A stretch of DNA of 64,000 nt from Oikopleura dioica (lineage: Eukaryota > Animalia > Chordata), in the NCBI GenBank assembly GCA_907165135.1, contig OU015566.1, forward strand, positions 992,001-1,056,000, read 5' to 3'. Every line of letters starts with the position of its first letter. Position 1 is the first letter of the stretch. This document shows, one piece after another, positions 1-12,275 of this stretch. The translations under genes and the position numbers were made by a program. Under the pieces are notes generated by a model. The model did no database searches and was not told where the DNA came from. It was given only the letters and a program-made list of their open reading frames with translations.

Positions 1-275
1 ACATATTTTGCTAAGCAGCCTTGAAGATAACTCAAAGGGCCCTCAAGATAATCCGTTGTCGACAAAAAACGTGCTCGGTATGTATTTCCTGTATGATCCC
101 AGTTTTTAAGAAGACAAGATCTTTTTTTTCGACCGGTCAGCGATTTTGAATCAATTGATCTTTGCCTCGACTTGAAAATCGAGTTCTCGCTAAATTTTAA
201 GAGCATGCAAATAGCAAGAATAGTAAATAGTAAGAATTTTCAGCGCTCGTAGTTTTGAGTTTTTTTTTCCAAGAG

Positions 276-1253
276 ATGGAAATTGAAAACGAAAATGATT
301 TTTATAATTTCACCGCTGCGCCAGCCCGGTTTCGGCCCGGTGAAGATGGTTCTTCAGTTTCAGAGGCGTGTAAAGATGCTTATGCGAGAATTTCTATTGA
401 CAATTGGACGCTTGTTTGGATTATTTTTGGAGTAATCGTTGTCATGATGCTGATGCCTTGTGAGACAAAAAGACGACGGTGCCAAGATGATAGACAAACT
501 TGCAATTTCAAGAAATTATGGTTTTTAAGTAAATCTGTCATGAACATGCTTTGGCTTTTATCAGAACTGCTAAGCATTACTTGCGCATTTTATGTGATGT
601 TCCCTCCAAGTAGCGAGGAGGAATGGCTGAAGCATTTACGAGAAAAAGGATCCAAAAATAAGGATAATTTATTAATAATAAATTTGAGCCCCATTATTGA
701 TCCTTAATTAGTTGGTCTTGGATGGTTTTGCTTAAGTTTATCAAATAAATTAAATATTAATAAAATTATCTTTAGTAATTGCCACTTCATCTGTTTTTAT
801 TATACATGCTCTCATGAAATACCGATTTTCGTCAACAAATGAGACTGAGGGAGTAGAAAACTCATCTTTTGTAAATCAAGCTGTCGTAACTTCATTTGAT
901 GAGGATGAACCATCCACAACTAGAGTCAATATTCAAGATGCAGAAAGCAATGATAAGCCTCCTGGAATGAGCATCTTTAGAATGCATTTTATAAAAAATG
1001 GACCTTAGCTTATGATGACATAATCGACTCAAAAGAAGAAAGTCCAGAAAATAATCGGGAAAATACTTCAACCGATGCCATCGAAGAACCAAGAATAAAA
1101 GAAAACACTCAAGCCAGACCAAAAAGAAAGAAAATTTACGGGGTCAAAGGTGCCCTTATTTTCGTTTCGGTTTTGAATCTGATTAGTGCATTTGTCTATC
1201 TTGGTCTGTACTCGAAAGCACTAGTTCAATGCAAAGACTCATTAAATATATAG
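276..1253 (+). CDS. Multi-exon orphan membrane protein, about 3-4 hydrophobic segments
   Basis: ATG at 276. Splicing at about 610-711 (GT-AG), about 736-775 (GT-AG) and 965-1008 (GA-AG) joins ORFs 255-707 and 814-1008 to an open frame ending ...SVLNLISAFVYLGLYSKALVQCKDSLNI* (TAG 1251-1253). No family motif recognised. Confidence 0.55.
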
Positions 1254-1415
1254 TCGTGTACGGGTCAAAAAGGATGTTTGCAATTTTTCCTGAATTCAAG
1301 CCTATTTTTATCAGCTGCAAGTTTTCATGCAGCTCAGTTGGCGCCCTAGAGCGCTCTTTTTAAAGGTGAAGACCAGCGAATATTTTCGAAACAAAATTTT
1401 TAGAAACAAAAAGGA

Positions 1416-2456
1416 ATGGTAAGTTTTTCAGATCTTTGAGAATGAACATTATGATTTTTCTTATAGAAAATTGCCCTCTTCGGAATTGCGACAGCAAATC
1501 ATGTGTTGAATTCAAGCCAAATTTCGAGAAAACTCCTCGGCTCCTGGAGCGAATTTCTTTTTCAAAACGTTGCAAATGTTCGACAAAAACGCGAGGGAGA
1601 CGAATCAAGCCGTGGATTTCGAGAGCTAGCGGGTATGATGCTTTTTCTTCAGGGAGCGGCATCGAATGATGAAGAAGGGCTTCAAGAGCTAGAGGATTTG
1701 TATACGAATTATGGATGCTATTGCTGGATAAACGGGCCAGATGAGGGTGTTATTGGGGGTGGAAAGGTTTGATGAGGCAATTAAGGGTTGAACCACAGTT
1801 TAAAAATCATTTTCTAGCCAAAAGACATGGTCGATCATCACTGCAAGGAGCTCTACCGATGCTACAAATGCGTCCTCAACGACTACGAAGCCAACTACAC
1901 AGATGTGCACTACAATGTCGAGCTCAACGAGGAAGACGGAATCCGCTCACTAGATTGCAAAGTCAACTCGAAACAAGATGCAGAAAACCTGTGCGAATGT
2001 GACAAAAGATTCGCGATGAATATTGCCAGAGCAAAACAGGTCCGTATTAAAAAAAATGAGCGAAAATGTGATTTTCAGGATTGCTTGAATGCCAAGCCGG
2101 AAAGTCATCTGTTCGGGGACCACTGTATGGATCCTACTTTTCGAACAGTCTCTGGTGGCGGCGAATTCGAGCCGAATTTGCAGTGCGATAAACAGTTTCA
2201 TGGACATGAGAAAGATCATTGCTGCGGTATCTACCCAAATCGGTAATTGAATTCGACCTCGACAGTCTGTTTCAGTAAAAAATTTAGGTACCCTTACGAC
2301 ATCAATTTCAACGAGTGCTGCCGATCCCAGGTCATGACTGATTCTCTCACTCAAGTCGAGTTATTTACAGTCGTTCCCGTCGGCATGTGCGAGCCTCGTG
2401 GAGGAGAAACTGTCATTTCCGAGAAAGGAAATCCTCACAATTATCTTTCTGTCTGA
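1416..2456 (+). CDS. Secreted phospholipase A2-fold protein, probably non-catalytic
   Basis: ATG|gtaag micro-exon, then signal-like MKIALFGIATA. Carries NYGCYC, DMVDHHCKELYRCYKC, LCECDKRFA and CCGIYPNRYPY. Five exons with short GT-AG introns. Confidence 0.75.
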
Positions 2457-2514
2457 AACAAAAATTAACGAAACTGTAAATAAAGCATTGATTTTTATTA
2501 GAAAGAGATTTGGT

Positions 2515-4746
2515 TTATTCTAGAAGAGTCATCGACTCGCTTTTGATATTTTCAACAGTTTTGTGTTTAAATTCCTCCGGAAGTTGGTCAATTCCATCTT
2601 TGAAGTAAACAGTCAGGTATTTCGGTGCATCTTCTTTTTTCGTAAAATAACTCACTAAATTTTCAAAAAAGAAATTATCAGAAAATCAGCAAACCTGAAG
2701 TGGAAATGATCAGAAAGCCCAAAAGCGCATAAATTCCAAAAGCATAAGTTGATGGCTCGAGCAAAGCTTGCTGCCAATAAGGAGAAGGCTCAATGTTATC
2801 AATAAAAGTTTCATTTTGGCAGTAGAGGGCGAGATTCGAAGCGTCAATTGATGAATTGAAGGATCGGTTGGTAAACATGTTCGATTCGTAAGTCGTTGTT
2901 GTTGGAAAGATTTTCCTTGGAAATGAGATGGAAGATGCGAAAATGACTATTCAAACCTCAGGATCACAATAGACAGTGGAAATAGCGGGGCAAAGCATCC
3001 AGCGATTATTCCTTTTCTGTTCACAAAGGGAGCAAACATCCCAGTCAAGACGGTTCCGAAATAAGGGGCTCCCAAGTTTGTCGTTGTCATGAACAAAATA
3101 CCAAGAAGCGTGCCGGGGTTGAAGGACATGCTGATTGATAAGAGACAGGTAAGGATGCCGGTGAAGAGCATGATGATTCGGCAATAAGTGACGTCGGTGT
3201 ATTTTGTTCCAAAGATGGACTTGACTGAAGGGAGCATGACCAAAGAGGCACCAGATAAAAATGAAGAGAATGAGCTCAAAGTTGCGCTAAAGATAGCAAC
3301 GAGGAATAATCCCTGACCAATATTTTGAATTTTACTCCTTTAATTTTTCTTCAAATGAACTATTTCTAGAATTATCTATAAATTTGGGAACCATAATTTC
3401 TCTTTATTTTTCTGAAATTGATATTATCGGTTTTCAGCAATTATGACAAACATTAAAAATTTGTTTGAACTTCTCCCAATACAATCCGAATTTTACTGAT
3501 TAATCAACCTATTTACTTCTGTGAAAATATTTCCTGAAAGCCGTGAGTATTCCTGAACATATCAATAATTAGCGTTGGGACAATCTGGTCCGGTCGAATT
3601 GGAATCTCGCAGAGCGCATCTCTTCCATCATAAAATGCCAAAGTAGCGACGCCGATAAAAACCGCCATCATTAGAAAAAGACTGATGCAGAATCCGCCGA
3701 TCGCCATCGCAATTCTCCCATCTTTCATGTTCTTGCACATATTGAATCGCTAAAAAATAAGTAGAGAGTCGATTAACTGATTGTATTTTACCTGTGCCAT
3801 CGCTTGTTGAAGAGGCAGTGTGATAAGAGCATCGATGAGAAGTCGGAAAACGATGATCAACGGGGCGCTTCTGTATGTCAAATCGAAGTGTTCCTTCGAT
3901 TCAAGCCAGGCTGAGAACATTGTATTGCATTTTGTTCTTTCGCAAACTTCGGTGATTTTCGAGAAGCCAATGGTTGTAGCCAGCTTGATGGTGATGACCA
4001 AAGTAGCGCCGATCAGGGCAAATCCATTTATGACATCAGCTTTTTTTGGATTCAAATTTATTCGTTTTCTTTTAATGATATAATATAAAAATCAACCCTT
4101 TCCCATGATGACAGCATTCATGCCTCCAAGATAAGTATAAATGATACAAATGACTGTCATAGAAATAATCACCAAAAACAAAACCATATTCGATTGCGGA
4201 TCCAAGTCAAACGCGTCATCCAACACCGCCTTGATCGCGTAAGACGGCGAAAGAATCGCAGCAGAGACGAAGAATCCCCAAGAAAGAAGTGAAGAAACCA
4301 GGCATATTTTTGAGATGTCTTCTCCGAATCGAATTTTTACGTAGTCAAAGACGGAGTCGGAACGAGTTCGGTAGAAGACGGGGTGGATTGTGTAGCAGCC
4401 AAAGGCGACTTAAATTCAAGTAAAAAGCAGTTTCATTAATATTGAATACTTACTGATAATAGGTACAGTAATCGCATTCCACAGCTGAGCCGTTCCATAC
4501 AAATACACTTCTGATGGATAGCCGGTCAAAGAAAGAGCAGAAACAAACGCGACAAAAATGGATAAACCAACATTTATCGGATTCGCCGAATGAGAAGCCA
4601 TTAAATATTGCGCTACATTCGAGTTTGACCCGCTAAAAATCATCAAAAACGAAATTTAAAATCGAATTTTACCGGGATAAATAGACGCCGATTCCAACTG
4701 TTCCCCCGAGAAGGAGAAAAATAACAAAAAAATCTAGCCAATTCAT
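2515..4746 (-). CDS. Sodium:solute symporter, SLC5 family (SMVT/SMCT-like)
   Basis: MNWLDFFVIFLLLGGTVGIGVYL..., YLMA, LSIFVAFVSALSLTGYPSEVYLYG, YTYLGGMNAVI..DV, SSFSSFLSGAS, GAPYFGTVLTGMFAPFVNRKG. These match the SSF/SLC5 transmembrane pattern. Stop TAA 2515-2517. Confidence 0.88.
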
Positions 4747-5122
4747 TTTTCTCAGTTTTCTCTATTGATGAAAATTATTACTTTTCAATCATGAAAAATG
4801 TTCTTATGTCATCAAAATCAAGGGAGCCCATAAATGCGGGATCGGCTCTTCGATCCGCCCCTCAATGAAAATGTTGTCGTATTTCTTCGTAATTTTGAAA
4901 AGAAGACAAATTGGAATTGGCCGAAAAATTGCCATAAGCCAGCATTTTAAACCCTCTTCATGATTCTCTTATTTTTCAGAAGAAATAATTTCTCATTCAG
5001 GTTAATTTATAAATGGATTGTTTATTTCAAATTTTGTTTGTTTCAAAAAGATATTTACAGAAAATTATAAAAAAAAAACGACATTTTTCTCTTCAGAAAA
5101 AAAGTCTCAAAATTGGCATTTC

Positions 5123-8100
5123 TTAGCACAGATCGCCAACTTCTACAACTCGTCCATCTTCGCAGCAAATTTCCCGATTCGGGGCAAATTTTGTGAAGAG
5201 ATTCGTCGACGATGATCGACAACAAACTGGGCCGTTTCCATTTCCGGAATCAGTAGATGGTGTTGCTGAGCAATTAGCATCATCGTAGTTGATAAAGGCG
5301 GAAGAGATGGAATTCTTGAGATCAGAGAGGGTTTGGGCAAATTGGAAGTCGCATTCGCAGCTTCCACGGCGGCAATCTTGCGCGTTATTGGCTTAAAAGG
5401 TTTCCATGAGTTGTCATGATAAATAAAATCCACTTTCACAGGATCTAATAATTTTTTTTTCAAACTTACCACAAACGCCGTTTCTGACTCGATATCTCGA
5501 GCACGTCTCTCCATTTTTCATTCCATAAGCATTCGCGACGCAAGCATGGCATTTTCTCCAGGTCAAACAAGCAGCATCAATGGCATCGACCGCTTTTCCT
5601 CCTGCTTTTCCCCCGGGCGCGCGACAGTGGCAACCATAGCCGGAAAGATCAGAGTCGAAATCGAAGTCTGCATCGCCGTCAAAGGATCCAGAGGCAAGGT
5701 TGAATCCGCGGAAAGAAAATACATCCGAGAAGATAGCGTTCATTTTCAAAGCTGAAAAAGCATCGGTATGGCTTTCGGAGTAGTAGCCAGAAAGATCTTC
5801 GTTGACATTAGCCGGGAAATCGTAGCTGTACTCAGATCCGCCGTTGCCGTTTCCATTTCCGTTGCCGTTTCCATTTCCATTGCCGTTTCCAGCTCCTTGG
5901 CCGTTTCCGCCGCCATTGCCGTCTCCGTTGCCATTGCCATGGGTGCCGGATCCGTTGTTACCACCTTGTCCGCTGCCTCCGCCAGTTCCAGGCTGTCCTG
6001 GTTGCCCGGATCCGTTGTTGCCACCATTGCCATTTCCGCCACCATTGCCAGGTTGACCAGGAGTACCAGATCCGTTGTTACCACCTTGACCGCTTCCTCC
6101 GCCATTTCCTGGTTGCCCTGGTTGGCCATTCCCGTTGTTGCCTCCTTGTCCGTTACCACTGCCGTTTCCTGGCTGACCGGGATTTCCAGGTTGACCAGGG
6201 GCACCATTCCCGTTATTGCCTCCTTGTCCGTTACCACCGCCGTTTCCTGGCTGGCCAGGATTTCCAGGTTGTCCGGGATTGCCAGGCTGACCTTGACCTC
6301 CTCCCGACCCAGGTTGACCTTGGCCGTCTCCATTTCCTTGGCCGTTACCATTTCCTTGGCCGTTACCATTTCCTTGGCCATTGCCGTTTCCTGGCTGTCC
6401 AGGTGCTCCAGGTTGACCAGGGTTTCCAGGTTGTCCTTGGCCTCCTCCGTTTCCTTGACCTCCGCCTGAACCCTGTCCACCATTTTGGCCTTGGCTAGGT
6501 TGCTCAGGTTGACCAGGCTGACCAGGTTGATTTGGTTGACCAGGTTGACCGGGCTGATTTGGTTGTCCGGGTTGACCAGGCTGGTTCGGTTGACCGGGCT
6601 GTCCAGGTTGATTTCCATTTTGCCCCTGTCCGCCATTTTGGCCTTGACCGCCATTTTGACCTTGGCCTGGCTGATTTGGTTGACCGGGTTGTCCGGGCTG
6701 ATTTCCTTGATTACCATTCTGCCCCTGTCCTCCGTTTTGAGATTGACCATTGCTTTGGCCAGATTGCTGGCCAGTTTGATTGTTATTTTGGCCAGGTTGA
6801 TTCGGCTGCTGAGGTTGCTGGCCATTTTGACCTTGGTTGTTGTTTTGGCCTTGTTGATTGTTCTGCCCTTGATTTTGGCCCTGCTGATTGTTTTGGCCTT
6901 GACCGTTCTGCTGGTTTTGGCCATTTTGTTGATTCTGGCCATTTTGTTGATTTTGGTTGTTGTTTTGATTGTTGTTCTGGTTGTTATTGTTGTTGTTTTG
7001 ACCTTCAATGCAGGAGACATCGCCGAAGTTGCAGTAGTAGAGCATGAAGGCAACGGGAGTATGCTCCATGGATCCATCAAAGTCGAGTGGCATTTGAAGA
7101 TTTGTGTTGGAAGTATGTTTGAGATTGTCGTTCAGCTCGATTGCCCAGAAAGATGCTCGATCTTCACCTTCATTCAGAGGATTTCCAGCTCGAGAAACAG
7201 GGTAGAATGCTTCAACGCCATTTTGGCCTTGGAAAGAAGTCTAAAAATAAATGACAAAAAAGAAATATTTTTGAAAAAAACGAACCTTGATTTTCGTGGA
7301 TCGATTGTCAAAACCCATGAAAATCTTTCCAGCGCATCCGATGGCTCCTCCAGAGGGACTTCGGACTTGCAGATTTGCTGAGCCACCTTGATTTTGTTGC
7401 ATTCGGAAAGCTTGATTGATCTGGCTCGCGCTCAGAGCAGTGCAGCCGTTGGGAATGTTGTTCAATGGTCGATCCTCGACGAAATCGTTCATGTAGCCAC
7501 CATCGCAGAGTTTGGCATTGGAGGCTAAAATGATAAAATAAAATTGTTATTTTATTAATTTTTTTAGATTAAATTTTTATTCTTTTTATTATTAAAATAA
7601 TATTTTTATTAAAATTAAATAAAATGACTAATAATATTTATCTAAAAAAATAAATAATAAAAATATTTTTCATTCAATTTTTTTTATAGTTATTTTTACC
7701 TTGAACAGCCAAATTTCTCTGATTGATTTCCTGATTCGTCAATTGTCGATCAAAGTTGTGCCAGAGCTCGAATTCGATCTTTCCTTGCTGAATCGCCTGG
7801 TTCGAGATTTCCTTCGATTTTCGATTGACAAAGTAGTACCAAAAGGTATTCGAGTCCTTCTTTCCATCGTCGATCACAGCCCAGTCGGGAAAGTTGACCG
7901 GCTCTCGGAGGCCGACTTCGCTGCCCGAAACCATAAGTCTAAAAGTTTTATTTAGAAACAACGGGCTATTTAGAGGGGATTCTTACGTGAGATCCATTTT
8001 TAGCCGCGAGTGGTCAGAAATAACTCGAGCCGCGCGAGCAAGCTGACTGTATCCGGAAACACTGAATCGAAGACGTCCTCCGCGGCCTTGACTGTAACTG

Positions 8101-8916
8101 CCCTGGTTGACAGTAACCTGGACCTGGACATTTTGACATTCGCCATCTTTGTTTTTGTCCTCTGAAAAATGAATAAGGAAAATTTTTTGATCAATTTTAA
8201 CTTGAAATTTTTTAACCTGAAGAGTCCTACATCATAACTCTCAAATTAATAAGGCGCTCTTGTCATAAACCTTTTGAAACGCTCAATTTCATAAGTTCAG
8301 AGATATTGACCCAAATTTTTACCCGGTATATAATTAACCCCGGAACGCATGGCCATTTTTGCCAATTCCTGACCATTTTTTAACCGAATATTGTCGTGAT
8401 TTGGGCATAAAGAGAATAAAAATCCGGGTTTATATATTATAACCGGACTCTAAGCTACAAAAATATAACTTGAGCGTGGTCATATTATATGCGTATATCA
8501 AATATAATATGGGTTTTTTGATGAGCAAAATCGTATTACCCAAAAATGGGTCGTATATGCGTTCCGGCGTTAAAATTTCAGAAAAAAATTTATGAAAATT
8601 TTTTAAAAAAATTCAGAAAAAAATAAAAAAAAATTTGTGAAAATTTTGAGAAAAAATTCAGAAAAATTCAGAGAAAATTTTACAAGATTCGTAAAAAAAT
8701 TAATAAAAATTAGAGAAAAAAAAATTAAAAAAGTAAAAAATAACGAATTTCTAATTTTTCAAATTGAATTGAAAAAAAAAAATTATCGAATAAAAAATCT
8801 CTTCGATTTATTTTATCTTTTTTTATTTTGCATAAAAAGATTTTTTTCCGAAAATAACCTTCAATAGGATTCTGCGCAAAATTCGTCGAGGCGAGTAAAA
8901 AAGGTAAAACTCTCAT
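5123..8916 (-). CDS. Secreted protein: N-terminal domain, long Q/N/G/P tandem repeats, C-terminal PLA2-like domain (candidate house/oikosin structural protein)
   Basis: Exons splice in frame from MRVLPFLLAST (ATG 8916) through the 559-aa ORF. C-terminal motifs: GYGCHC, DAIDAACLTWRKCHAC, CRRGSCECDFQFA, CCEDGRVVEVGDLC* (TAA 5123-5125). Confidence 0.8.
5836..7000 (-). repeat. Coding low-complexity tandem repeats (NNQ, QQNGQN, GQPGQPNQP, GNGGGNGQGGNN, (GN)n)
   Basis: Visible directly in the sequence and in the translation of ORF 5414-7093. Confidence 0.95.
8338..8569. mobile_element. piggyBac-type MITE in an intron of the repeat protein gene
   Basis: TTAA|CCCCGGAACGCAT ... ATGCGTTCCGGCG|TTAA: TTAA on both flanks and a 13-bp TIR with one mismatch. 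Confidence 0.65.
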
Positions 8917-9723
8917 CTTTCGACGGATTGATTGTTCCACAAGCCGTCGATTTCTCGATTTGACCCGTCCGACTTTTCGCTCGTTTTTAAATTTCCTCGA
9001 GAATGCTCCGAGGGCGCGCTTGAGCGCAAGCGCGCCGTTGACCGCGCGTTCTTTATTTGACGATTGCGTACTTGGACTAGCTTTTTTGTTAGTGATAAAA
9101 GCAAATTGGAGGATTTTAGATTTGTTGATCAAATCAAATTCAAACTGGACCAATCGTCTTCGATATTAGTTTCTAAATGGTTCGATTTTTTTCGCTTAAA
9201 AAATATATTTTTTTTATCATCGAAATATCGAAAATTTTTTGTTAAAATTTTTTTATAAAAATATTTTATTCTAAAAATTTTTTATTAAAAATATTAATTT
9301 AAAAATATTTTCGACAAATTAAATACAAATAAATTCATTTTTGTCAAAATTTTAGACAAATTAAAAGAACAAGAAACATTGTCATTGAATTTCGTTCAAA
9401 TCTGCCCGTGCGAAAAAAATTCGACTAACCCAAATTCAAAACGGTCCTTCGCGAGTTGAAAATATACTCGAAGTTCTAAACGCGCGTCAGAATCCTCAAA
9501 GAGCGCCAATTATTTGCAGGGGTCCTCTTCTTGCCCGCTACTTTGATCAGTCAATTAAGCACACGTCGACCCAGATAAAAAGTGCAACTCAAAAGGGTCG
9601 AAAATCTAAGATCTTTCTCTCTTTTTCCAAAATATAATTAAAATTATCATTCAAGCATAAATTCTTCTCTGGCAAAAGAAAGCCATCAGAAGTTCCCTTA
9701 GTCGAGTCGAAAAATTAAGAGAG

Positions 9724-11790
9724 ATGGCGAATTTTAAGGAACTCGCTGGAGCTCTCGCTGCAGGAATGAGCTTGAACTCTTTCGCGAAGGGTCAAGTGCT
9801 GGGGTTCTCGAAAAGTTGAGAGCCCAAAAAGCACATTCTTTTGGCTCGCGTCTGCGGAGTCACGTTTATGATAAATAGTAAACGCACTTTGTGGTCAAGA
9901 GTAACTGTTTATTTTCTTTGCGAATCACGTGTCTGGGCTCTGAAACCTGTGTAGAAAACCTGACTCAGGCTATGAAAGGCTTTGACAGAGCTTTTCAAAG
10001 CCTGACTCAGGTTTTCAACACAGGTTGTCCTGTGTGTAAAACCTGTGCGTAGAACCTGTGTAAAAAACCTGAGTCAGGCTTTCAAGGGCTGAAAAGGAGC
10101 TCTTCAAAGCCTGACTCAGGTTTTCCAACCCACGCTTTTTAGCCCAGTCACGTGTGGTTTAACAAGCTCTTGGAAGAATTCTTTCGGATTCAAAATGAGC
10201 TGAATGACAATTATAGAGTCCACTACTCAACCGAAGACCGAGCTCTTGATGTGGACAGCGATCGAAATGACTCATTTCTTGACTTTGGAATGGTAGTTAT
10301 TTTTCTTTCAGAACGCACTCTCATTTTTTAAGATTGATGCGGAGATGTATAGCTAATGTTTTTAATAATCATCAATTCAATCGAAAAGCAGGAAAAAATT
10401 TTCAAGTGATATTAGAAAAATTTGATGATTATGAAAAAGATCCCGAATCGGACACGACTCTGATGTGGAAGTTGAAAAAACTGTCCTCACTGAATGTAAA
10501 TTCCTTGATTTATGATTTTTTTTAATTGAGATTTTCAAGTTCGCGTTCTCTTCATTTCCCTGGCAATCATCTGTGGACTGATTGGAATCTTGATCGGCAT
10601 TCTTTACGGTTTTTCTTCCTTCATGATTTTTGTCAAAAACTTGTTTTTTTTTCTAGCGACGAACATAAAGCAAAAAAGCGAAAATGAACTTCTCTCTGCT
10701 CAACAATCTCGGTAACCAATTCTTTTGACAGAAATATATAACAAAAAAGGGACAGCGATGAGGAGCATTTCAAAATCAACGTCAATGAATTCATCCGTCG
10801 ACAAAGCATTGGAAGCCTTTCAAAGTGGCCTCTTGCCATTTTTTCTTCAATAACACTTGATTATCTAGCCCTACATCGATCAGCCGCACCAGTTCCTGCA
10901 AAATATTTGACAAGAAGGAAAAGGTAAAAAAAAATCTGGGTTCGGAACTCTAAATAGAAAATCTGAGTCAGCGTCTGAAAATATTCTATGAAAAGCCGCG
11001 TAGCGGCTTTTTTAAAAACGAAGCCGCGAAGCGGCTTCTTAATATCATATTGCCAATATGGGTCCTATTATATGAGTCATTTTATATATATGACTCATAT
11101 TATATAACTCATGATATGACTCATATGATTACTCATATGATGATTCATATGATATGACTCATATTATATAACTCATGATATGACTCATATTATATGGCCC
11201 TTTTACTCTATTTTAAATAGACTATTTATAAAGATTTGCAAAGCCGCTTCGCGGCTTCGTCTTTAAAAAAAGCCGCTATGCGGCTTTTCATAGAATTTAA
11301 TCAGACCCTGACTCAGGTTTTCTACATAGGTTGCCTAGCTCAAATCATCCGAAATCGTCTATTTTTGGATCTTTGATGATCATAAATTAAGGTATTCCGC
11401 ACAAAATCCTACGACATTCAAAAACTCCCTGGGCGCCTCCCAAATGTCCGAAAAGATCTTTACTCGATTCTTTGAAAAATTTGATGACAATTTCAGCAAA
11501 ATAAAGAAAAAATTTGATGTTTGATTTGATCAAAAATGTGGTTTGGTTCGTTAATTAAAACAGAAAATGACGGTCACGAGTAAAAAACAGCTTCTTAGAA
11601 GGAAGCTTGATAAACACGAAATTTTGCAAAGTAGGTCTTCTTGAGAAACAAGTCCCGCGGTGTGTCAAGAGATCAATAAGTTGTTTTTGAGTCAGTGCAG
11701 GGCTTGATGTCTGTGCTAGTACTGTATCTTCGCAGATTCGACTTGACGGTTCGTCTCAGGTTGAAATTAATCAATTTCGACGATAAGGGT
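9724..11790 (+). CDS. Multi-exon orphan single-pass membrane protein, boundaries approximate
   Basis: A chain of short exons bounded by GT/AG, including VILEKFDDYEKDPESD..., the hydrophobic VRVLFISLAIICGLIGILIGILY, and KYITKKGTAMRS.... No family motif recognised. Confidence 0.4.
9933..10147. mobile_element. hAT-type MITE, CCTGAGTCAGG family
   Basis: CTGGGCT ... AGCCCAG termini flanked by a perfect 8-bp duplication TCACGTGT (9925-9932 and 10148-10155). Internal AAAACCTGA(C/G)TCAGG inverted motifs. Confidence 0.85.
10936..11343. mobile_element. MITE, CCTGAGTCAGG family, long arms with a central ATGACTCAT array
   Basis: Arms of about 85 bp are reverse complements and carry AAGCCGC-nnn-GCGGCTT palindromes. 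The centre (11070-11195) repeats atatgactcat. Confidence 0.8.
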
Positions 11791-11851
11791 TGAATTTTTT
11801 TCAAAATCGAAGAAAATTTAAAAGTATGAATCATACTGTATGATTAAGGGT

Positions 11852-12275
11852 TAGAATTCCAAATTTGTTCAGCTGAGTGAGCTGAGCTGGCTGAGTGAGG
11901 TCAGCAGCCTCTCAGCTCAGCCCAGTGATTTTCGAAAATGATCTGATCTGATCTGGTCAGCTCAGCTCAGCTCAGCTCAATAATTCTGAAACATGATCAT
12001 TTCTGCTCAGCTCAGCTCAGCTAAATGATTTTTACTCAATGTTACTACTAAAAATACAGTAAAAACAGCTCAGTTAAGCTCACCCAGCTCAGCTCATCTC
12101 TTATTAGGGTCTGCTCAGCTCAGCTCAACTACGTCAAAAAGGTCTGCTCAGCTCAGCTCAGCTCAATTACCTCTGAAAAAGTGCAGCTTAGCTCAGCTTA
12201 GTTCAGCTCAGAAAATTTTTTACGCAGGTCAGCTCAGCTTAGCTCAGCAAAAATAATCCAAAATTTGCAAATCTG
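11852..12275. mobile_element. hAT-type MITE with GCTCA pentamer arrays
   Basis: Degenerate TIR TAGAATTCCAAATTT ... AAATTTGCAAATCTG. Flanks ttaagggt and cttagggt match 6/8. Confidence 0.7.

Noticed and set aside
5546-7381. Long ORFs on the + strand and alternative frames (233, 298, 171 and 444 aa)
   Set aside because: Shadow frames of the Q/N/G/P coding repeat; stop-free only because of its codon composition.
8590-9360. K/F/I-rich ORFs (8637-8867, 8725-9153, 8960-9169, 9064-9258)
   Set aside because: AT-rich intron and promoter DNA with alternative starts; only the short exon 8916-8859 is supported by splicing.
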